Origin: an uncultured Desulfospira sp.
GTDB taxonomy: Bacteria; Desulfobacterota; Desulfobacteria; Desulfobacterales; Desulfobacteraceae
Reading direction: 5' to 3'
Length of the DNA stretch: 64,000 nt
Assembly: GCA_963663165.1 (NCBI GenBank)
Contig: OY760175.1
Coordinates: forward strand, 224,001-288,000
In this document: positions 36,881-48,132 of the stretch, piece by piece
How the letters are laid out: each line of letters starts with the position of its first letter
Numbering within the stretch: the first letter of the stretch is position 1
Program-made: the position numbers and the translations under genes
The notes under the pieces: model-generated
What the model saw: only the letters and a program-made list of their open reading frames with translations
Databases searched by the model: none
Told to the model about the DNA's origin: nothing

Positions 36881-37699
36881 ATGATCAAAAAAATAATGTC
36901 CGGCGGCCAGACCGGGGCAGACCGTGCCGCTCTGGATGTGGCCATGAAATATGATATTCCCCATGGCGGCTGGATTCCCCGGGGAAGGAAAACGGAGGCC
37001 GGCCCCCTGTCCCTGCGTTATAAGCTCAAAGAGACCCCGGGCGGGGATTACCCCTCAAGAACCCGGCAGAACATCATGGATTCAGACGGGACCGTGATCA
37101 TTTCCCGAGGTCCTCTGACCGGCGGCTCTCTGCTGACCCGGACCTTTGCCCGGACAGGCAAAAAGCCCAACTGCCACATTGACCTTTCCTGTGGCGAGGC
37201 CTTTGAAGCCTCCATGATCATTCAGTCCTTTATCCTGGACAACGGAATACAAGCCCTCAATGTGGCAGGGCCCAGGGCCAGCCATGACCCGGGCATTTAT
37301 CATGACGTCAAAACCATCCTGGAAGCCGTGATCTATCTGCTGTTTTTGGAAAACGGCAGGGAGAAGGCGGTGTTGCAGGACCTGCCCGGAAAGGTGCCTG
37401 AGGCGGCGTTCCCTGAGAGTGCGCAAGGGGCTGCAGCCTTGTTGTTTAATGACCTCAGCCTTCGGATCAGGGCCGGCATGGCCCGGTCCAAAGATCTGCG
37501 GCTCATGGATATTTACTTTGTATGGATGGAGTATGTCCGCCAACGGGTGGGACTGGATGCGGGAAATGCCCCCCTCCTGGCCGCCTGCAAACCCTATGAT
37601 GACCTGGCATTTTTCTGTGCTGAAGACGCTGTCATGGAGATATTAAAAGTATTGTACGCCATGCTTAAAAAAACGTGTTGCCTCAGGATCGTTGAATGA
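36881..37699 (+). CDS. SLOG-family protein ('putative molybdenum carrier')
   Basis: SGGQTGADRAALD, GGW.P.GR..E.G, RT..N..DSDGT, LNVAGPR.S. Confidence 0.85.
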   Translation: MIKKIMSGGQTGADRAALDVAMKYDIPHGGWIPRGRKTEAGPLSLRYKLKETPGGDYPSRTRQNIMDSDGTVIISRGPLTGGSLLTRTFARTGKKPNCHIDLSCGEAFEASMIIQSFILDNGIQALNVAGPRASHDPGIYHDVKTILEAVIYLLFLENGREKAVLQDLPGKVPEAAFPESAQGAAALLFNDLSLRIRAGMARSKDLRLMDIYFVWMEYVRQRVGLDAGNAPLLAACKPYDDLAFFCAEDAVMEILKVLYAMLKKTCCLRIVE

Positions 37700-38673
37700 T
37701 CCCCATTCGAGACAGCCAGCCGTCCCATATGAGGCCTGTGGCCACCTACGCCCTGATGGCCCTGAACCTGTTGTTTTTCATGGTTCAGCTTCAGGCAGGG
37801 CTTGGCAACCAGGCTTATTTTTATCTGTTTGGCCTGGTGCCTGCCAAATATACGGTTCCTGATGTGTCCGCCCATTTCTCCCTGGCCAACCATTTTATCT
37901 CTCTTTTTACCTATATGTTTCTTCATGGCGGGTTCTGGCACTTTTTAGGGAACATGTGGACCCTGTACATCTTTGGCGATAATGTGGAGGCCCATTTCGG
38001 ATCTTTGCGGTATCTGACATTTTATTTGATTTGCGGCACCATTTCCGGATTGTCCCACTGCCTGCTCAATCCGGTTTCAACGGTTCCCACTATCGGAGCT
38101 TCCGGCGCTATTGCCGGGGTTATGGGCGCTTATTTCCTGTTATACCCAAAATCCAAAATATTGACCCTGATTCCCATTTTCATCATTATTCCCTTATTCA
38201 TCCAGGTGCCGGCCTTTATTTTCTTAGGGGTCTGGTTTTTGATCCAGTTTTTAAATGCCGCCGGCTCGGGCGCCGGTGCCGGGATCGCCTGGTGGGCACA
38301 TATCGGCGGCTTTCTTGCCGGCATGGCCTTTGTCAAACTCCATGAACGGCTGCCCAAAACCGGGGTGGGTGAAAAATTACGGCAGATGAACTTAAAGAAA
38401 CACACGCCCAAGCTTCAGGTGATCTCCCCTGAATCTCTGGATCAGGGGCCTGACCTTTACGGGACCATTGAGCTGAACTCCCTGGAGGCTTTGGGAGGGG
38501 CACGGAAAATGATTACCATTCCCTGGGGCGGTCACAAACCCCTTTACAAGGTCACCATTCCAGCGGGCATCCGCCAGGGAACCAAGCTTAAACTTGCGGG
38601 CATGGGCCGGTCCCTGCCCGGCAGGCCCAAAGGAGATTTATTCCTTACGGTTCAAATTAAAAATGTCTTTTAA
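37696..38673 (+). CDS. Rhomboid intramembrane protease with C-terminal DnaJ_C-like domain
   Basis: MFLHGG..H..GNM, GASGA, WWAHIGGF; C-terminal EALGG...V.IPAG...G.KL.L.G.G.....GDL. Confidence 0.88.
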   Translation: MIPIRDSQPSHMRPVATYALMALNLLFFMVQLQAGLGNQAYFYLFGLVPAKYTVPDVSAHFSLANHFISLFTYMFLHGGFWHFLGNMWTLYIFGDNVEAHFGSLRYLTFYLICGTISGLSHCLLNPVSTVPTIGASGAIAGVMGAYFLLYPKSKILTLIPIFIIIPLFIQVPAFIFLGVWFLIQFLNAAGSGAGAGIAWWAHIGGFLAGMAFVKLHERLPKTGVGEKLRQMNLKKHTPKLQVISPESLDQGPDLYGTIELNSLEALGGARKMITIPWGGHKPLYKVTIPAGIRQGTKLKLAGMGRSLPGRPKGDLFLTVQIKNVF

Positions 38674-41323
38674 AACCGTCATGAAAGTGCTTGTCCTGGT
38701 GGCCCTTGCCGGCGCGGCCGGGCTTGCCCTCCTTGCCGCCAACCTTTCTGTTGTGGCCCAGAAAGCGGTTCATGCCAAATTCGATGCCCTGATTCAGGAC
38801 CTGGACCTTGATTTTCAGATTTCTCATATCGGCCTGAACCACGGACTGGTATTGGATGTAAGATATGGCAAAGGGGGGGGGGCCGAAAAGGTTTTTGTTG
38901 ACTGGGTATTTAAAAAGACCGGGCCCCGGTCTTTCAAAGTTTCCCCCCGGACATTGTCTGTTTCAGGCCTTTCCATTAACCTTGTTATGGATGAAACCGG
39001 CAGGGTATATCTTCAAGGAAAAGGGCCGCCCAAAGCAGATACCGGCCCGCCCGCCACAGCCGTGATCCAACAGATACGGCCCTTTTTCCCCGAAACCGTA
39101 ACCGTCTCCCAATCTAAGCTTATTCTTCACCTTCAAAATCGCGATATCATCCTTCCCTTTGATGTTGCCATCTGCCTTAACCGGGAAGAAAACAGAGCCG
39201 ACTGCCGGATTCATCTGTTTCCCGCCGGTGACTGCTTTGAAGTGACCATGGTGGCGGATTTGTCCTGTCTGGATCAGGTTTTTGAAAATCCCTTAAGCCT
39301 TGTGCAGGATTTGAAATTTTCCGGAACCCAAATCCATCCCGGGGCACTGGCAGGACTTTTTGGGGTTGATTTTCCCGGATTTTCAGGCCCCTGTGATGTT
39401 GCTGTGAATCAAAAGGGAAAGAACGGGGCACAGGTTCGCCTTTCCCGGCTTGATCTTGTCTATCCTGTTGAAGTTAAGATAACAAATTTTACGGCCGACC
39501 TTGGATTCACCCCCCGGGGCCTGGCCGTGGATACACGGTTTGAGATGGCCTGTTCTCAAATTCAACCGGCCGGCATTCAATTGTCGGCCGACCAGGATAC
39601 AGCGCCTTTGATCCTGCCGGTATCCGGAAGGATCAGTCTGAACCGGGCAGGGCAGGGGGGGGATGACTGGGCGGTTAAGCTGGACGCCCAGACCTTGCCC
39701 GTAAAGGCGGTTGCCCTTGCCATGGGAAAAGACCGGCTTTCCATCCAGAACCCGTTCATGGCCGTGGACCTGAAAGGCGATATGAAAACCCTTGGCGGAA
39801 AAGTGCTCATCCGTTCAGATCAGGTCCGGGTGAACCACCCGTTGATTACTCTGGATGCCCGGTCCTTTGAGTTGGATTCGACCCTTGAGGCGGATTTGGC
39901 CCGCTCCGGAGAGAATAATGAAAATACCTGGGAAGCCACGGTGGCGTTTACATCTAAAATGTCCGGGATAACGGCAGCGGGGAACGGCGTCAAAGGATCT
40001 ATAAAGGCCCTTGAAAAACAGGGAAAAGTGTATCTGGCCAGGGCAAAACCTGCCCGACTCAATGTCCGGACACGCCTGGTCAACGGCAAAGCCGCCCTTG
40101 CGGATGCCGGGGGAGACTTAAGCGGGATATTTGTCGATCTGTCCTATGCTAATCCGTTCGACGGCCGACAGGCCAAAGAAGGCCGATATGCCATTTCCCG
40201 GATTCAAACCGGGAGCCTGCCCGGGGTAACCGTTTCCGGCCACCTGATTCAAACCGGCCCCATGGGGGTGAAATTCAGTGGCAAAGCCGGCAGTAAAGCG
40301 TTTGAACCTCTTGATGTGACCTTCTCGGGCATGGCAGATCTGGAAAATAAGGTGTTGGCAAAGGTTCATGCCTTTTTCAGCCAGACCCGGCTGACCTCGG
40401 ACCAGGTGGGGCCCCTGTTTCCTGGGCTTGCCCGAGCCGGAACCTTTGAACTTGATATGTCAGGCGATGCCGAGGCGGTGTATGACGGCACGGCCGTCAA
40501 AACCCGGGCCGGACTTGAGATCCACCAGGGCCATATGGTGCTGGGCGAAACCGGGATAAAGGTGGACGGAATTAAAGGCACCATAGCGTTTAACGACCTG
40601 GTGTGCCCCGAGTCCCTGCCCGGACAGATCCTGACCATTGACACCATTGAGTCGGGAAAGGTTAAATTTTCAGACATCCGGGCAAGGTTCAGCATTGAAG
40701 ACGGTGCCTTCTTGAATCTTGAAAATTTAAAGGCCGGCTGGTGCAGCGGGCTGATCTCAACTGAAGCCGCAAGGTTCCCCGACAAAGACATGCGCCATAC
40801 CTTGATTCTTTACTGTGACCGGCTCAAGCTTTCCGGACTTTTGGAGCAGATGGGCTCATTTGAGGCGGAGGGCACCGGGACATTAAGCGGCCGCATTCCG
40901 GTGGTGATTTCTCAAGACGGCATTGCTTTTGAAAACGGATTTTTGTTTTCCACCCCCGGAACCGGGGGCAGGATAAAGATCGTGAATACCCAGGGGCTTT
41001 TGGCCGGTATCCCCATGGGAACACCCCAGTTCGGCCAGCTGGACCTGGCCGCCGAAGCCCTCAAAGAATTTGATTATGACTGGGCCAAGCTCAAACTCAA
41101 TACCCATGAAGATACCCTCTCAGCCAATCTTGAACTTTACGGCAAGCCGGCAAAGGTGCTTCCCTTTGAGTATAAAAAAGAAATCGGCTCTTTTATCCGG
41201 GTGGGGGCGAAGAGTCCCGGATCCCGTTTCCAGGGGATACAGCTGGACGTTAATTTAAAACTGCCCTTTAATAAAATGGTGAAATTTGGTAATCAGTTGA
41301 TAAATCTATTTGAAGATAAATAA
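38663..41323 (+). CDS. ydbH: YdbH-family intermembrane lipid transport protein
   Basis: N-terminal anchor, beta-rich body, G.LSGRIPV..F.NG.L, AL..FDY; followed by ynbE/ydbL. Confidence 0.78.
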   Translation: MSFKTVMKVLVLVALAGAAGLALLAANLSVVAQKAVHAKFDALIQDLDLDFQISHIGLNHGLVLDVRYGKGGGAEKVFVDWVFKKTGPRSFKVSPRTLSVSGLSINLVMDETGRVYLQGKGPPKADTGPPATAVIQQIRPFFPETVTVSQSKLILHLQNRDIILPFDVAICLNREENRADCRIHLFPAGDCFEVTMVADLSCLDQVFENPLSLVQDLKFSGTQIHPGALAGLFGVDFPGFSGPCDVAVNQKGKNGAQVRLSRLDLVYPVEVKITNFTADLGFTPRGLAVDTRFEMACSQIQPAGIQLSADQDTAPLILPVSGRISLNRAGQGGDDWAVKLDAQTLPVKAVALAMGKDRLSIQNPFMAVDLKGDMKTLGGKVLIRSDQVRVNHPLITLDARSFELDSTLEADLARSGENNENTWEATVAFTSKMSGITAAGNGVKGSIKALEKQGKVYLARAKPARLNVRTRLVNGKAALADAGGDLSGIFVDLSYANPFDGRQAKEGRYAISRIQTGSLPGVTVSGHLIQTGPMGVKFSGKAGSKAFEPLDVTFSGMADLENKVLAKVHAFFSQTRLTSDQVGPLFPGLARAGTFELDMSGDAEAVYDGTAVKTRAGLEIHQGHMVLGETGIKVDGIKGTIAFNDLVCPESLPGQILTIDTIESGKVKFSDIRARFSIEDGAFLNLENLKAGWCSGLISTEAARFPDKDMRHTLILYCDRLKLSGLLEQMGSFEAEGTGTLSGRIPVVISQDGIAFENGFLFSTPGTGGRIKIVNTQGLLAGIPMGTPQFGQLDLAAEALKEFDYDWAKLKLNTHEDTLSANLELYGKPAKVLPFEYKKEIGSFIRVGAKSPGSRFQGIQLDVNLKLPFNKMVKFGNQLINLFEDK

Positions 41324-41335
41324 GGGGTTTGGGCG

Positions 41336-41533
41336 ATGAAAAAAACGATTGTTCTTTTATTTGCAGCCTTTTTGATGCTCCAGGGATGCCAGTCCAGCCA
41401 TGAGGTGGAAGTCAAGCCCGTGGAAATCAAGCCCATTCATATCACCATTGACGTGAATGTCAAAGTGGACCGGGCGCTGGATGATTTTTTTGATGATGTC
41501 TATGCCGATGACACTGAAACGCAAAGCAAGTAG
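41336..41533 (+). CDS. ynbE: YnbE-like lipoprotein
   Basis: Lipobox LQGC; PIHITIDVNVKVD. Confidence 0.75.
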   Translation: MKKTIVLLFAAFLMLQGCQSSHEVEVKPVEIKPIHITIDVNVKVDRALDDFFDDVYADDTETQSK

Positions 41534-41541
41534 GAGGGGCC

Positions 41542-41910
41542 ATGAAATTTAGAATATGCCTGATGGGCTTGATTCTTCTGGTGATGGGATTTGGGATGGC
41601 TCAGCCGGGCCACGCACAGGGGGTTAAAGAGCGGATGAAAGAACGGCTGCCGGTGATTGCCGATCTTAAGGCCAGAGGGGTTATCGGCGAGAGCCATGAC
41701 GGGTATCTGGCTTTTGTGGGAAAGCAAAAAGAAAATCAAGACGTGGTCAGCAGTGAAAACAAGGACCGCAAAGCCGTTTATACAAAAATGGCCCAACAGC
41801 AGAAAACTACGTTGGACCTGGTTGAGAAGCGGGCGGGGGCCAATCTTGCCAAAAGGGCAAAGCCCGGAGAGTTTGTTCAAAAACCCGGTGGGGAATGGAT
41901 TAAAAAATAA
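41542..41910 (+). CDS. ydbL: YdbL/DUF1318 family protein
   Basis: LKARG.IGE..DGYL, EN.DR..VY, GE.VQ...G.W. Confidence 0.82.
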   Translation: MKFRICLMGLILLVMGFGMAQPGHAQGVKERMKERLPVIADLKARGVIGESHDGYLAFVGKQKENQDVVSSENKDRKAVYTKMAQQQKTTLDLVEKRAGANLAKRAKPGEFVQKPGGEWIKK

Positions 41911-41928
41911 AGTCCGCCGGAATCCGGG

Positions 41929-42351
41929 CTATAAGGTAACGAAACGGTTCAGTTCCTTGAGTATGGTAAAATAAATATCCTCATCGCTACCGTAGATATC
42001 AATCACATCTTTGTGGTTGATCAGTTTTTCAACAATAAATGCGGTCAGATACAGGCAGGCAATGTTCGGGCTTGATACCAGTGACCTGAACGGCGCAATC
42101 ATGTAATCCACATCAAAATCCTCGGCTTTGATCAGGTCGTCCAGGCACCGGACAATCTGGTTTTCAATGCTGGATTTGCTTACGGTTTCGATAAGGCCGG
42201 TTTCAATGAGTTTCATGCACACCTTGTTGCTGAAATCATCAATGTTGTCCCGGATGGCGCGGATGGTTTTAACTCGTTCCCTTTCTTTTGAAGATTCAAT
42301 TTTGGAAAGAAGTTTGGATTCCCTGTTTCCGGTATAAAACATTTTGGCCAT
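41929..42351 (-). CDS. Hypothetical protein
   Basis: 140-aa ORF with RBS AAGGA; fills the gap between known genes. Confidence 0.7.
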   Translation of the reverse strand: MAKMFYTGNRESKLLSKIESSKERERVKTIRAIRDNIDDFSNKVCMKLIETGLIETVSKSSIENQIVRCLDDLIKAEDFDVDYMIAPFRSLVSSPNIACLYLTAFIVEKLINHKDVIDIYGSDEDIYFTILKELNRFVTL

Positions 42352-42525
42352 GAATTTATCCTTAATATGCCGTCACGGACAGCCCTTAATACCAGGGGTG
42401 GTCCACAACAAAATTAAAACTGATGCCTCAAGGGTTTCCCCTTTAATTTTCTTCTCAACACTAATCCATTATAATATGCCATATAAAATTCACGCGCAAG
42501 CTAAAATAATGGGCATCACAGGGAA

Positions 42526-44244
42526 TCAGGAATTCATATCTTCCACAATCAGCTGAATCGAGTCCGGCCGGAATTTATTGAGCTTGAGCCTGAAGGCCAG
42601 AAAACTGTAGAAATCGGGCAGGTCGTTGATATTGTCAACGTTAAAGTGAAAGGCTTCAATAGAGGGGCTGTTGTCATGGGATGCCGCATCTTTTAACACC
42701 ATTCTCCGGTGCAGGCCGCCAAGGATGTGAGATGAGACCACTTTAAGGTTCCGGCACAGAAAAACAGGTTCCGGATTAGATGTGCCAAAGGGGCGGAAAA
42801 GGTCAATCTGCTTTGCCAGGGACAGATCCATGTCATTGAATTCGAGCTCGGCATCAATGGTCAGCCGTTTTTGAAAATCTTTTTTGGTGTAATGGGTGTT
42901 AAAATGGTCGCTGAGCCCCGACCAAAGCGCTGACAGTCTTTTTTCGGTTAAGGTCAGGCCCGATGCCAGGGCATGGCCCCCGAATTTTTCCAGCAAATGA
43001 GCGTTTTCAGCCAGGGCATTGTAGATATTGATCTGATTAATGCTCCGGCATGATCCCACCAACAGGTCGTCCACACAGGATAGAAGCACCACCGGGCAGG
43101 CGTGTTTCCGGGCCAGCTTTGAGGCGGCAATTCCCAGGACCCCGGGATTCCATCCCGGATCATGGAGGAACAGGAGTCTTTCGGAAATCAGGGACGGGTC
43201 TTTGAAGATCCGTTCTTCAATATCCAGAACAATCTGTTTTTCAACGGCCTGGCGTTTCCGGTTAAGCTCATCGAGCAGCATGGCGGTCTGCTCAGCCTCA
43301 GCATGGTGCTTACAGGTCAGCAGGGAAACACAGATCCTGGCATGGGAAATCCGGCCGGCCGCGTTGAGCCTTGGAATAATTTTAAAGGACACATCATCGG
43401 AGTCCAGCCGCCCGGCATCCAGACGGGCGGCCCTGAGCAGGGCGGCAAGCCCGGGCCGTAAGTTCTTGCGCATCTGCCGGATCCCGGCGGCACACAGCTG
43501 CCGGTTTTCCCGGATCAGGGGGACCATGTCCCCGATAGTGCCCATGGCAAACAAATCCAGAAGCGGGGCAAGGGAGGGTTCCCCAAGGGTTTCCCACATC
43601 CCGTTTTTCCGGAAAAATTTTCGAAGGGCCATGGCCAGATACAGGGCAACCCCCACCCCGGCCAGATAATCCAGTCCCGAAGGGCAGTCCTTTTGTTTGG
43701 GATCAATCAGGGCTAAGGCCGGCGGCAGTTCTTCGCCGGGTTCATGGTGGTCCGTGACAATGACATCAATGTCTTCTTTGGCCGCGGCATTCACGGCATC
43801 AATGGAAGAAATACCGCAGTCCACGGTGATGATCAGGTCTACATCCATGTCTGCTGCCATGGCGGCATGGCCCTGGTTCATACCGTATCCTTCCTTGATC
43901 CGGTGGGGGATGTACCAGGTAAGATCTGCGTCCACCCGGGACAAAAAATCCAGCAGCAGGGATGTGGCCGTGATGCCATCGGCATCAAAGTCGCCGAAAA
44001 TCATGATCTTTTCATGGTTGATCACGGCCGTATAAATCCGTTCTACAGCCTTGCCCATGTCCTTGAGGGTAAACGGATCAGACAGGCCGTTTAAATCCGG
44101 TTCTAAAAAGGCGCGGGCTTCGTGAGACGTGGTAATCCCGCGCCGGACCAGCAATCCGGCAATAACCGGATGACAGGCAAGTTCATCTGAAAGCCGGGCT
44201 GCCGTGTCCGGATTAAAATGGGGGTATGTCAGCAAGGGTTCCAT
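42526..44244 (-). CDS. recJ: ssDNA-specific exonuclease RecJ
   Basis: GDFDADG, P.R..EGYG, TVDCG, TDHH, PRLNAAGR, GGH. Confidence 0.95.
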   Translation of the reverse strand: MEPLLTYPHFNPDTAARLSDELACHPVIAGLLVRRGITTSHEARAFLEPDLNGLSDPFTLKDMGKAVERIYTAVINHEKIMIFGDFDADGITATSLLLDFLSRVDADLTWYIPHRIKEGYGMNQGHAAMAADMDVDLIITVDCGISSIDAVNAAAKEDIDVIVTDHHEPGEELPPALALIDPKQKDCPSGLDYLAGVGVALYLAMALRKFFRKNGMWETLGEPSLAPLLDLFAMGTIGDMVPLIRENRQLCAAGIRQMRKNLRPGLAALLRAARLDAGRLDSDDVSFKIIPRLNAAGRISHARICVSLLTCKHHAEAEQTAMLLDELNRKRQAVEKQIVLDIEERIFKDPSLISERLLFLHDPGWNPGVLGIAASKLARKHACPVVLLSCVDDLLVGSCRSINQINIYNALAENAHLLEKFGGHALASGLTLTEKRLSALWSGLSDHFNTHYTKKDFQKRLTIDAELEFNDMDLSLAKQIDLFRPFGTSNPEPVFLCRNLKVVSSHILGGLHRRMVLKDAASHDNSPSIEAFHFNVDNINDLPDFYSFLAFRLKLNKFRPDSIQLIVEDMNS

Positions 44245-44358
44245 TCTGATTGGTGAAGAAATATATCTGCCGGGCCGGATAAAGTCAAAAAAATTGTTTG
44301 GGAATTCATTTTGTTAGATGGTATACTGCACAACTTGATTCTGTGCTAACCCCGGGAT

Positions 44359-44577
44359 TTGAAGGAAATGCAAACCATCATCAGGGAATACCAGGTGGAT
44401 AAAACCAGGATTGGTTTTATCAGATTTATATTAGAAGCGTATGAGGGCATTGCCGTTATGACCACCCTTGATCCGGTCAGGGGCCTGGTCCGGATAAGGA
44501 TGGCCCCGGGCTGCCAGGAAACCGTATTCCGGGTGATTGAAGATTTAAGAAAGGATATGGCGTTTAATGAGGTTTAA
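44359..44577 (+). CDS. DUF4911-like small protein
   Basis: I.FIRFILEAYEG.A..TT.D; precedes miaB. Confidence 0.72.
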   Translation: MKEMQTIIREYQVDKTRIGFIRFILEAYEGIAVMTTLDPVRGLVRIRMAPGCQETVFRVIEDLRKDMAFNEV

Positions 44578-45952
44578 AGGCCTGGCATATGTCCATACCA
44601 TTGGCTGCCAGATGAATGTGTATGATTCGGAAAAACTTTGTGGGATTCTCATGGACAAGGGATTTGAGCCAACCCTGGACATGGACCGTGCCGATATTGT
44701 GGTCTGCAACACCTGCGCCATCCGCCACAAGGCCCAGGAAAAGGCTTTCAGCTTTTTAGGCCGGTTTGCCGCCGCCAAAAAGAAGCGGCCGTCCCTGATT
44801 ACAGTCATGTCCGGGTGTGTGGCCCAGCAGGAGGGAAAAAAGGCTTTTGAGCGGCTCCCTTTCCTGGACCTGGTTCTGGGAACCCAGGCCTTTGAACGGT
44901 TTTCAACCCATATTGACGCCATTCAATCCGGAAAAAAGAGGCTGGTCGATACAGGTCCTTCTGATGCCATTTTTGAGGCCATGCCCCATGAATCCGGCCT
45001 GACCCAGAATAAAATCTCCCGGTTTGTGACCATCATGCAGGGGTGCGATAATTATTGCACCTATTGTGTGGTTCCCTATGTCAGGGGCCGGGAACGAAGC
45101 CGGGACCCTGAACATATTGTCCGGGAAATAACGGCCCTTGCTGACGCAGGGGTCAAAGAGGTGACCCTCCTTGGCCAGAACGTCAACTCCTACGGCATCA
45201 AAGAAAAGGGCATCTCCTTTGCCGGGCTTTTAGAAAAGGTGGCTCAGGTTGAGGGGATCCGGCGGATCCGGTTTGCCACTTCCCATCCCAAGGATTTGTC
45301 CTCTGATCTGATCCATGCCATAAGGGATATCGATAAGGTCTGCAATCACCTTCATCTGCCGGTCCAGTCCGGTTCCGACCGGATTTTAAAGAAAATGAAC
45401 CGCAAGTATACCCGGCAGATATACATGTCAAGAATTCAGGCCTTAAGGGAGGCCTGCCCCGGGATTGCCCTGTCCACGGATATTATTGTGGGGTTCCCGT
45501 CTGAAACCCTAGACGATTTTAACGAGACCATGGCCCTGATCCGGGAAGTTGAATTTGACTCTATTTTTGCCTTTGCCTACTCAGACCGGTCCGTGGCACC
45601 CGCAGCCAAATTCCCGGACCAGGTCAGGGAAGACGAAAAAATGATCCGGCTCAACCGCCTTCTGGAGTTCCAGGAGACCATTACGGAAAAGAAAAATTAC
45701 CAGGAAACCGGAAAGGTCCTTTCGGTTTTGGTGGAAGGAAAAAGCGCCAAACTCCGGGATGGATTTGTCAAAGAAACCGAACAGACCTGTCAAATGTCCG
45801 GCCGCACCGAATCCAATAAAATCGTTCATTTCCCTTCTGAAACCGGTCAAATCGCAGATGAAGTAACCATAAAAATAGAAAAGGCATATCCCCATTCCTT
45901 ATGGGGATCCCCTGTTGGGAGAAACAGTGAAAATGAAGAAAAAAGCCGGTAA
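44567..45952 (+). CDS. miaB: tRNA-2-methylthio-N6-dimethylallyladenosine synthase
   Basis: [26 protein letters not shown] domain. Confidence 0.96.
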   Translation: MRFKGLAYVHTIGCQMNVYDSEKLCGILMDKGFEPTLDMDRADIVVCNTCAIRHKAQEKAFSFLGRFAAAKKKRPSLITVMSGCVAQQEGKKAFERLPFLDLVLGTQAFERFSTHIDAIQSGKKRLVDTGPSDAIFEAMPHESGLTQNKISRFVTIMQGCDNYCTYCVVPYVRGRERSRDPEHIVREITALADAGVKEVTLLGQNVNSYGIKEKGISFAGLLEKVAQVEGIRRIRFATSHPKDLSSDLIHAIRDIDKVCNHLHLPVQSGSDRILKKMNRKYTRQIYMSRIQALREACPGIALSTDIIVGFPSETLDDFNETMALIREVEFDSIFAFAYSDRSVAPAAKFPDQVREDEKMIRLNRLLEFQETITEKKNYQETGKVLSVLVEGKSAKLRDGFVKETEQTCQMSGRTESNKIVHFPSETGQIADEVTIKIEKAYPHSLWGSPVGRNSENEEKSR

Positions 45953-46814
45953 AATCGGTAGAAACGATCCTTGCCCCTGCGGGTCGGGCATAAAGTATAA
46001 AAACTGCTGCATGAATAAAACCAATGCCGTTACCTTAAGCCAGGAGTATAAACAGCGGTACGATATTATCCTGAAGACCCCGGAACAGGTGGAGGGCATT
46101 CGACAGTGCGGAGAACTTTTGCTGTCCATCATGGACGGGGTGGAAAAGATGATCAGGCCCGGGCTTAAAACCGAAGAGATCAACACCTATGTCCACGAAC
46201 AGACCATCAATGCCGGGGCTGTCCCGGCACCTTTGAACTACCGGGGATATCCCAAAAGTGTCTGTGTGTCTGTCAACGAAGTGATCTGCCATGGTATTCC
46301 GGGGGATCTTGAACTCAAAGACGGCGACATCGTCAATGTGGACATCACCCCCATCCTGAACGGCTATTACGCTGATGCCAACAAGACCTTTTTTGTGGGC
46401 ACGCCCACCCGGGACGGGGAAAAGGTTGTGGCCGTGGCCGCCGAGTCCTTAAAGCGGGGAATGGAAGTGGTGAGGCCAGGGGCCACCCTTGGCGATATCG
46501 GCCATGCCATCCAGTCCTATGCCGAAGGCCAGGGCTGTTCCGTGGTCAGGGAGTTTGTGGGCCACGGGGTTGGTCTTGATTTTCACGAGCAGCCCCAGGT
46601 CCTTCATTTCGGCTCACCGGGAAAGGGCCTGGTCCTGGTTCCGGGCATGGTGTTCACCATCGAACCCATGGTCAACCTGGGCAAGAAGGATCTTCACGTC
46701 CTGGAAGACCGGTGGACCGCCGTGACCGATGACGGGTCTTTATCGGCTCAGTTTGAACAGACCATCCTGGTCACTGAAACCGGGTACGAGAGCCTTACCC
46801 CTTATGAGTTATAG
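45933..46814 (+). CDS. map: Type I methionyl aminopeptidase with N-terminal SEC-C motif
   Basis: [35 protein letters not shown]. Confidence 0.95.
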   Translation: MKKKAGKIGRNDPCPCGSGIKYKNCCMNKTNAVTLSQEYKQRYDIILKTPEQVEGIRQCGELLLSIMDGVEKMIRPGLKTEEINTYVHEQTINAGAVPAPLNYRGYPKSVCVSVNEVICHGIPGDLELKDGDIVNVDITPILNGYYADANKTFFVGTPTRDGEKVVAVAAESLKRGMEVVRPGATLGDIGHAIQSYAEGQGCSVVREFVGHGVGLDFHEQPQVLHFGSPGKGLVLVPGMVFTIEPMVNLGKKDLHVLEDRWTAVTDDGSLSAQFEQTILVTETGYESLTPYEL

Positions 46815-47556
46815 CGTTAACCTCTTTTTATCATTCTGCTATATCCTGTTTATCGGTATCAGTTCCGCTGTTTTGTTCTGCATCTCTTTGGTGATCTGGC
46901 TGACGACCGTCTGGTGTGACAAACGAAAAGTGATTCTCAACCTGTTTGCATCCTTCTGGGCGTGCCTTTATATCTGGCTGATGCCCCTCTGGTCCGTCAC
47001 CATCTCAGGCCGGGACAAAATGGACTTTCACAAGGGATATGTCCTGGTGTCCAATCACCAGTCACAGCTGGACATTCTGGTGCTTTACCGGCTGTTCTTT
47101 CCCTTTCGGTGGGTGTCCAAAGCCGAAGTGTTCCGACTTCCTTTTATCGGTTGGAACATGGTCTTAAACGGTTATATTAAATTAAAAAGGGGAAACAAGG
47201 AAAGTGTTGAAAAGATGATGCAGGACTGCCGGAACCTGCTGGCAAACAATATATCGGTGTTCTTTTTCCCCGAAGGAACCCGGTCTAAAACCGGTGTTTT
47301 AAGCCCGTTTAAGCCCGGGGCCTTTATCCTGGCCAAAGAGATGAAAATATCCATTCTTCCCGTTGCCATCAACCATACCAAAGATGCCCTCCCCAAACAT
47401 TCATTGCGGTTCCGGGGCCGGCACAGGATGTCGGTGACGGTGCTGGACGAAATTCCTTTTTCTGAGTTTGAAAACGAAGAAATTGAAGACCTGGCCGAAC
47501 GTGTCCGGTGCTTGATCGGCTCCCATGTGGCCGAACACCAGGCCGGTCAGATTTAA
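46804..47556 (+). CDS. plsC: Lysophospholipid acyltransferase (PlsC family)
   Basis: [21 protein letters not shown]. Confidence 0.88.
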   Translation: MSYSVNLFLSFCYILFIGISSAVLFCISLVIWLTTVWCDKRKVILNLFASFWACLYIWLMPLWSVTISGRDKMDFHKGYVLVSNHQSQLDILVLYRLFFPFRWVSKAEVFRLPFIGWNMVLNGYIKLKRGNKESVEKMMQDCRNLLANNISVFFFPEGTRSKTGVLSPFKPGAFILAKEMKISILPVAINHTKDALPKHSLRFRGRHRMSVTVLDEIPFSEFENEEIEDLAERVRCLIGSHVAEHQAGQI

Positions 47557-47631
47557 AAAATTCGCAACTGTTCAACACCTATTGAAGAAAAGCCAAAAAT
47601 CGGGGTTTGTAACTGTTTGATATGTGAGTAT

Positions 47632-47755
47632 CAATGTCATTAACTTAAGCGTTAATACAAGAAACTGGAAACAAGAGACAAGAGGGTGAAGCGCCGTTGG
47701 CGCCCATTTTATAACCCCTGCGCGCTATGCCAAATTTCTTAAGTTAATGGCATTG
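47632..47755. mobile_element. 124-bp MITE (IS4-like ends)
   Basis: 18-bp IRs CAATG(T/C)CATTAACTTAAG; 10-bp TSD ATGTGAGTAT (47622-47631, 47756-47765). Confidence 0.88.
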
Positions 47756-47868
47756 ATGTGAGTATGGATGATAAAGAATGGAAGACTTTGGACCAGAGAT
47801 TGCAACTTCCTCAGGGCCAGGCATCCCGGTCTGCTGTCTGAGGCGGTTCTGTAACCGGGTAGAAAAAC

Positions 47869-47905
47869 ATAAGCCCCTGGATACTTGCAGCATCCAGGGG
47901 CTTAT
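47869..47905 (-). terminator. Terminator hairpin of the cold-shock gene
   Basis: ATAAGCCCCTGGAT-loop-ATCCAGGGGCTTAT; T-run follows on the minus strand. Confidence 0.8.
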
Positions 47906-47928
47906 TAATCTTTTGAAGAAACGAATTG

Positions 47929-48132
47929 CTAGATAACGGTTACATTTGAGGCAGACGGGCCTTTAGGCCCCTGTTCAATATCGAATGTTACCTGGTCCCC
48001 CTCGTTAAGCGATTTAAATCCTGTTGCGTTGATGCCGGAATGATGCACGAAAACATCTTTTCCGCCGCCTTCTACTTCGATAAAACCAAAACCTTTTGTT
48101 TCATTAAACCACTTTACGGTACCTTTTGCCAT
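47929..48132 (-). CDS. csp: Cold-shock protein
   Basis: GTVKWFN..KGFGFI, DVFVH. Confidence 0.96.
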   Translation of the reverse strand: MAKGTVKWFNETKGFGFIEVEGGGKDVFVHHSGINATGFKSLNEGDQVTFDIEQGPKGPSASNVTVI

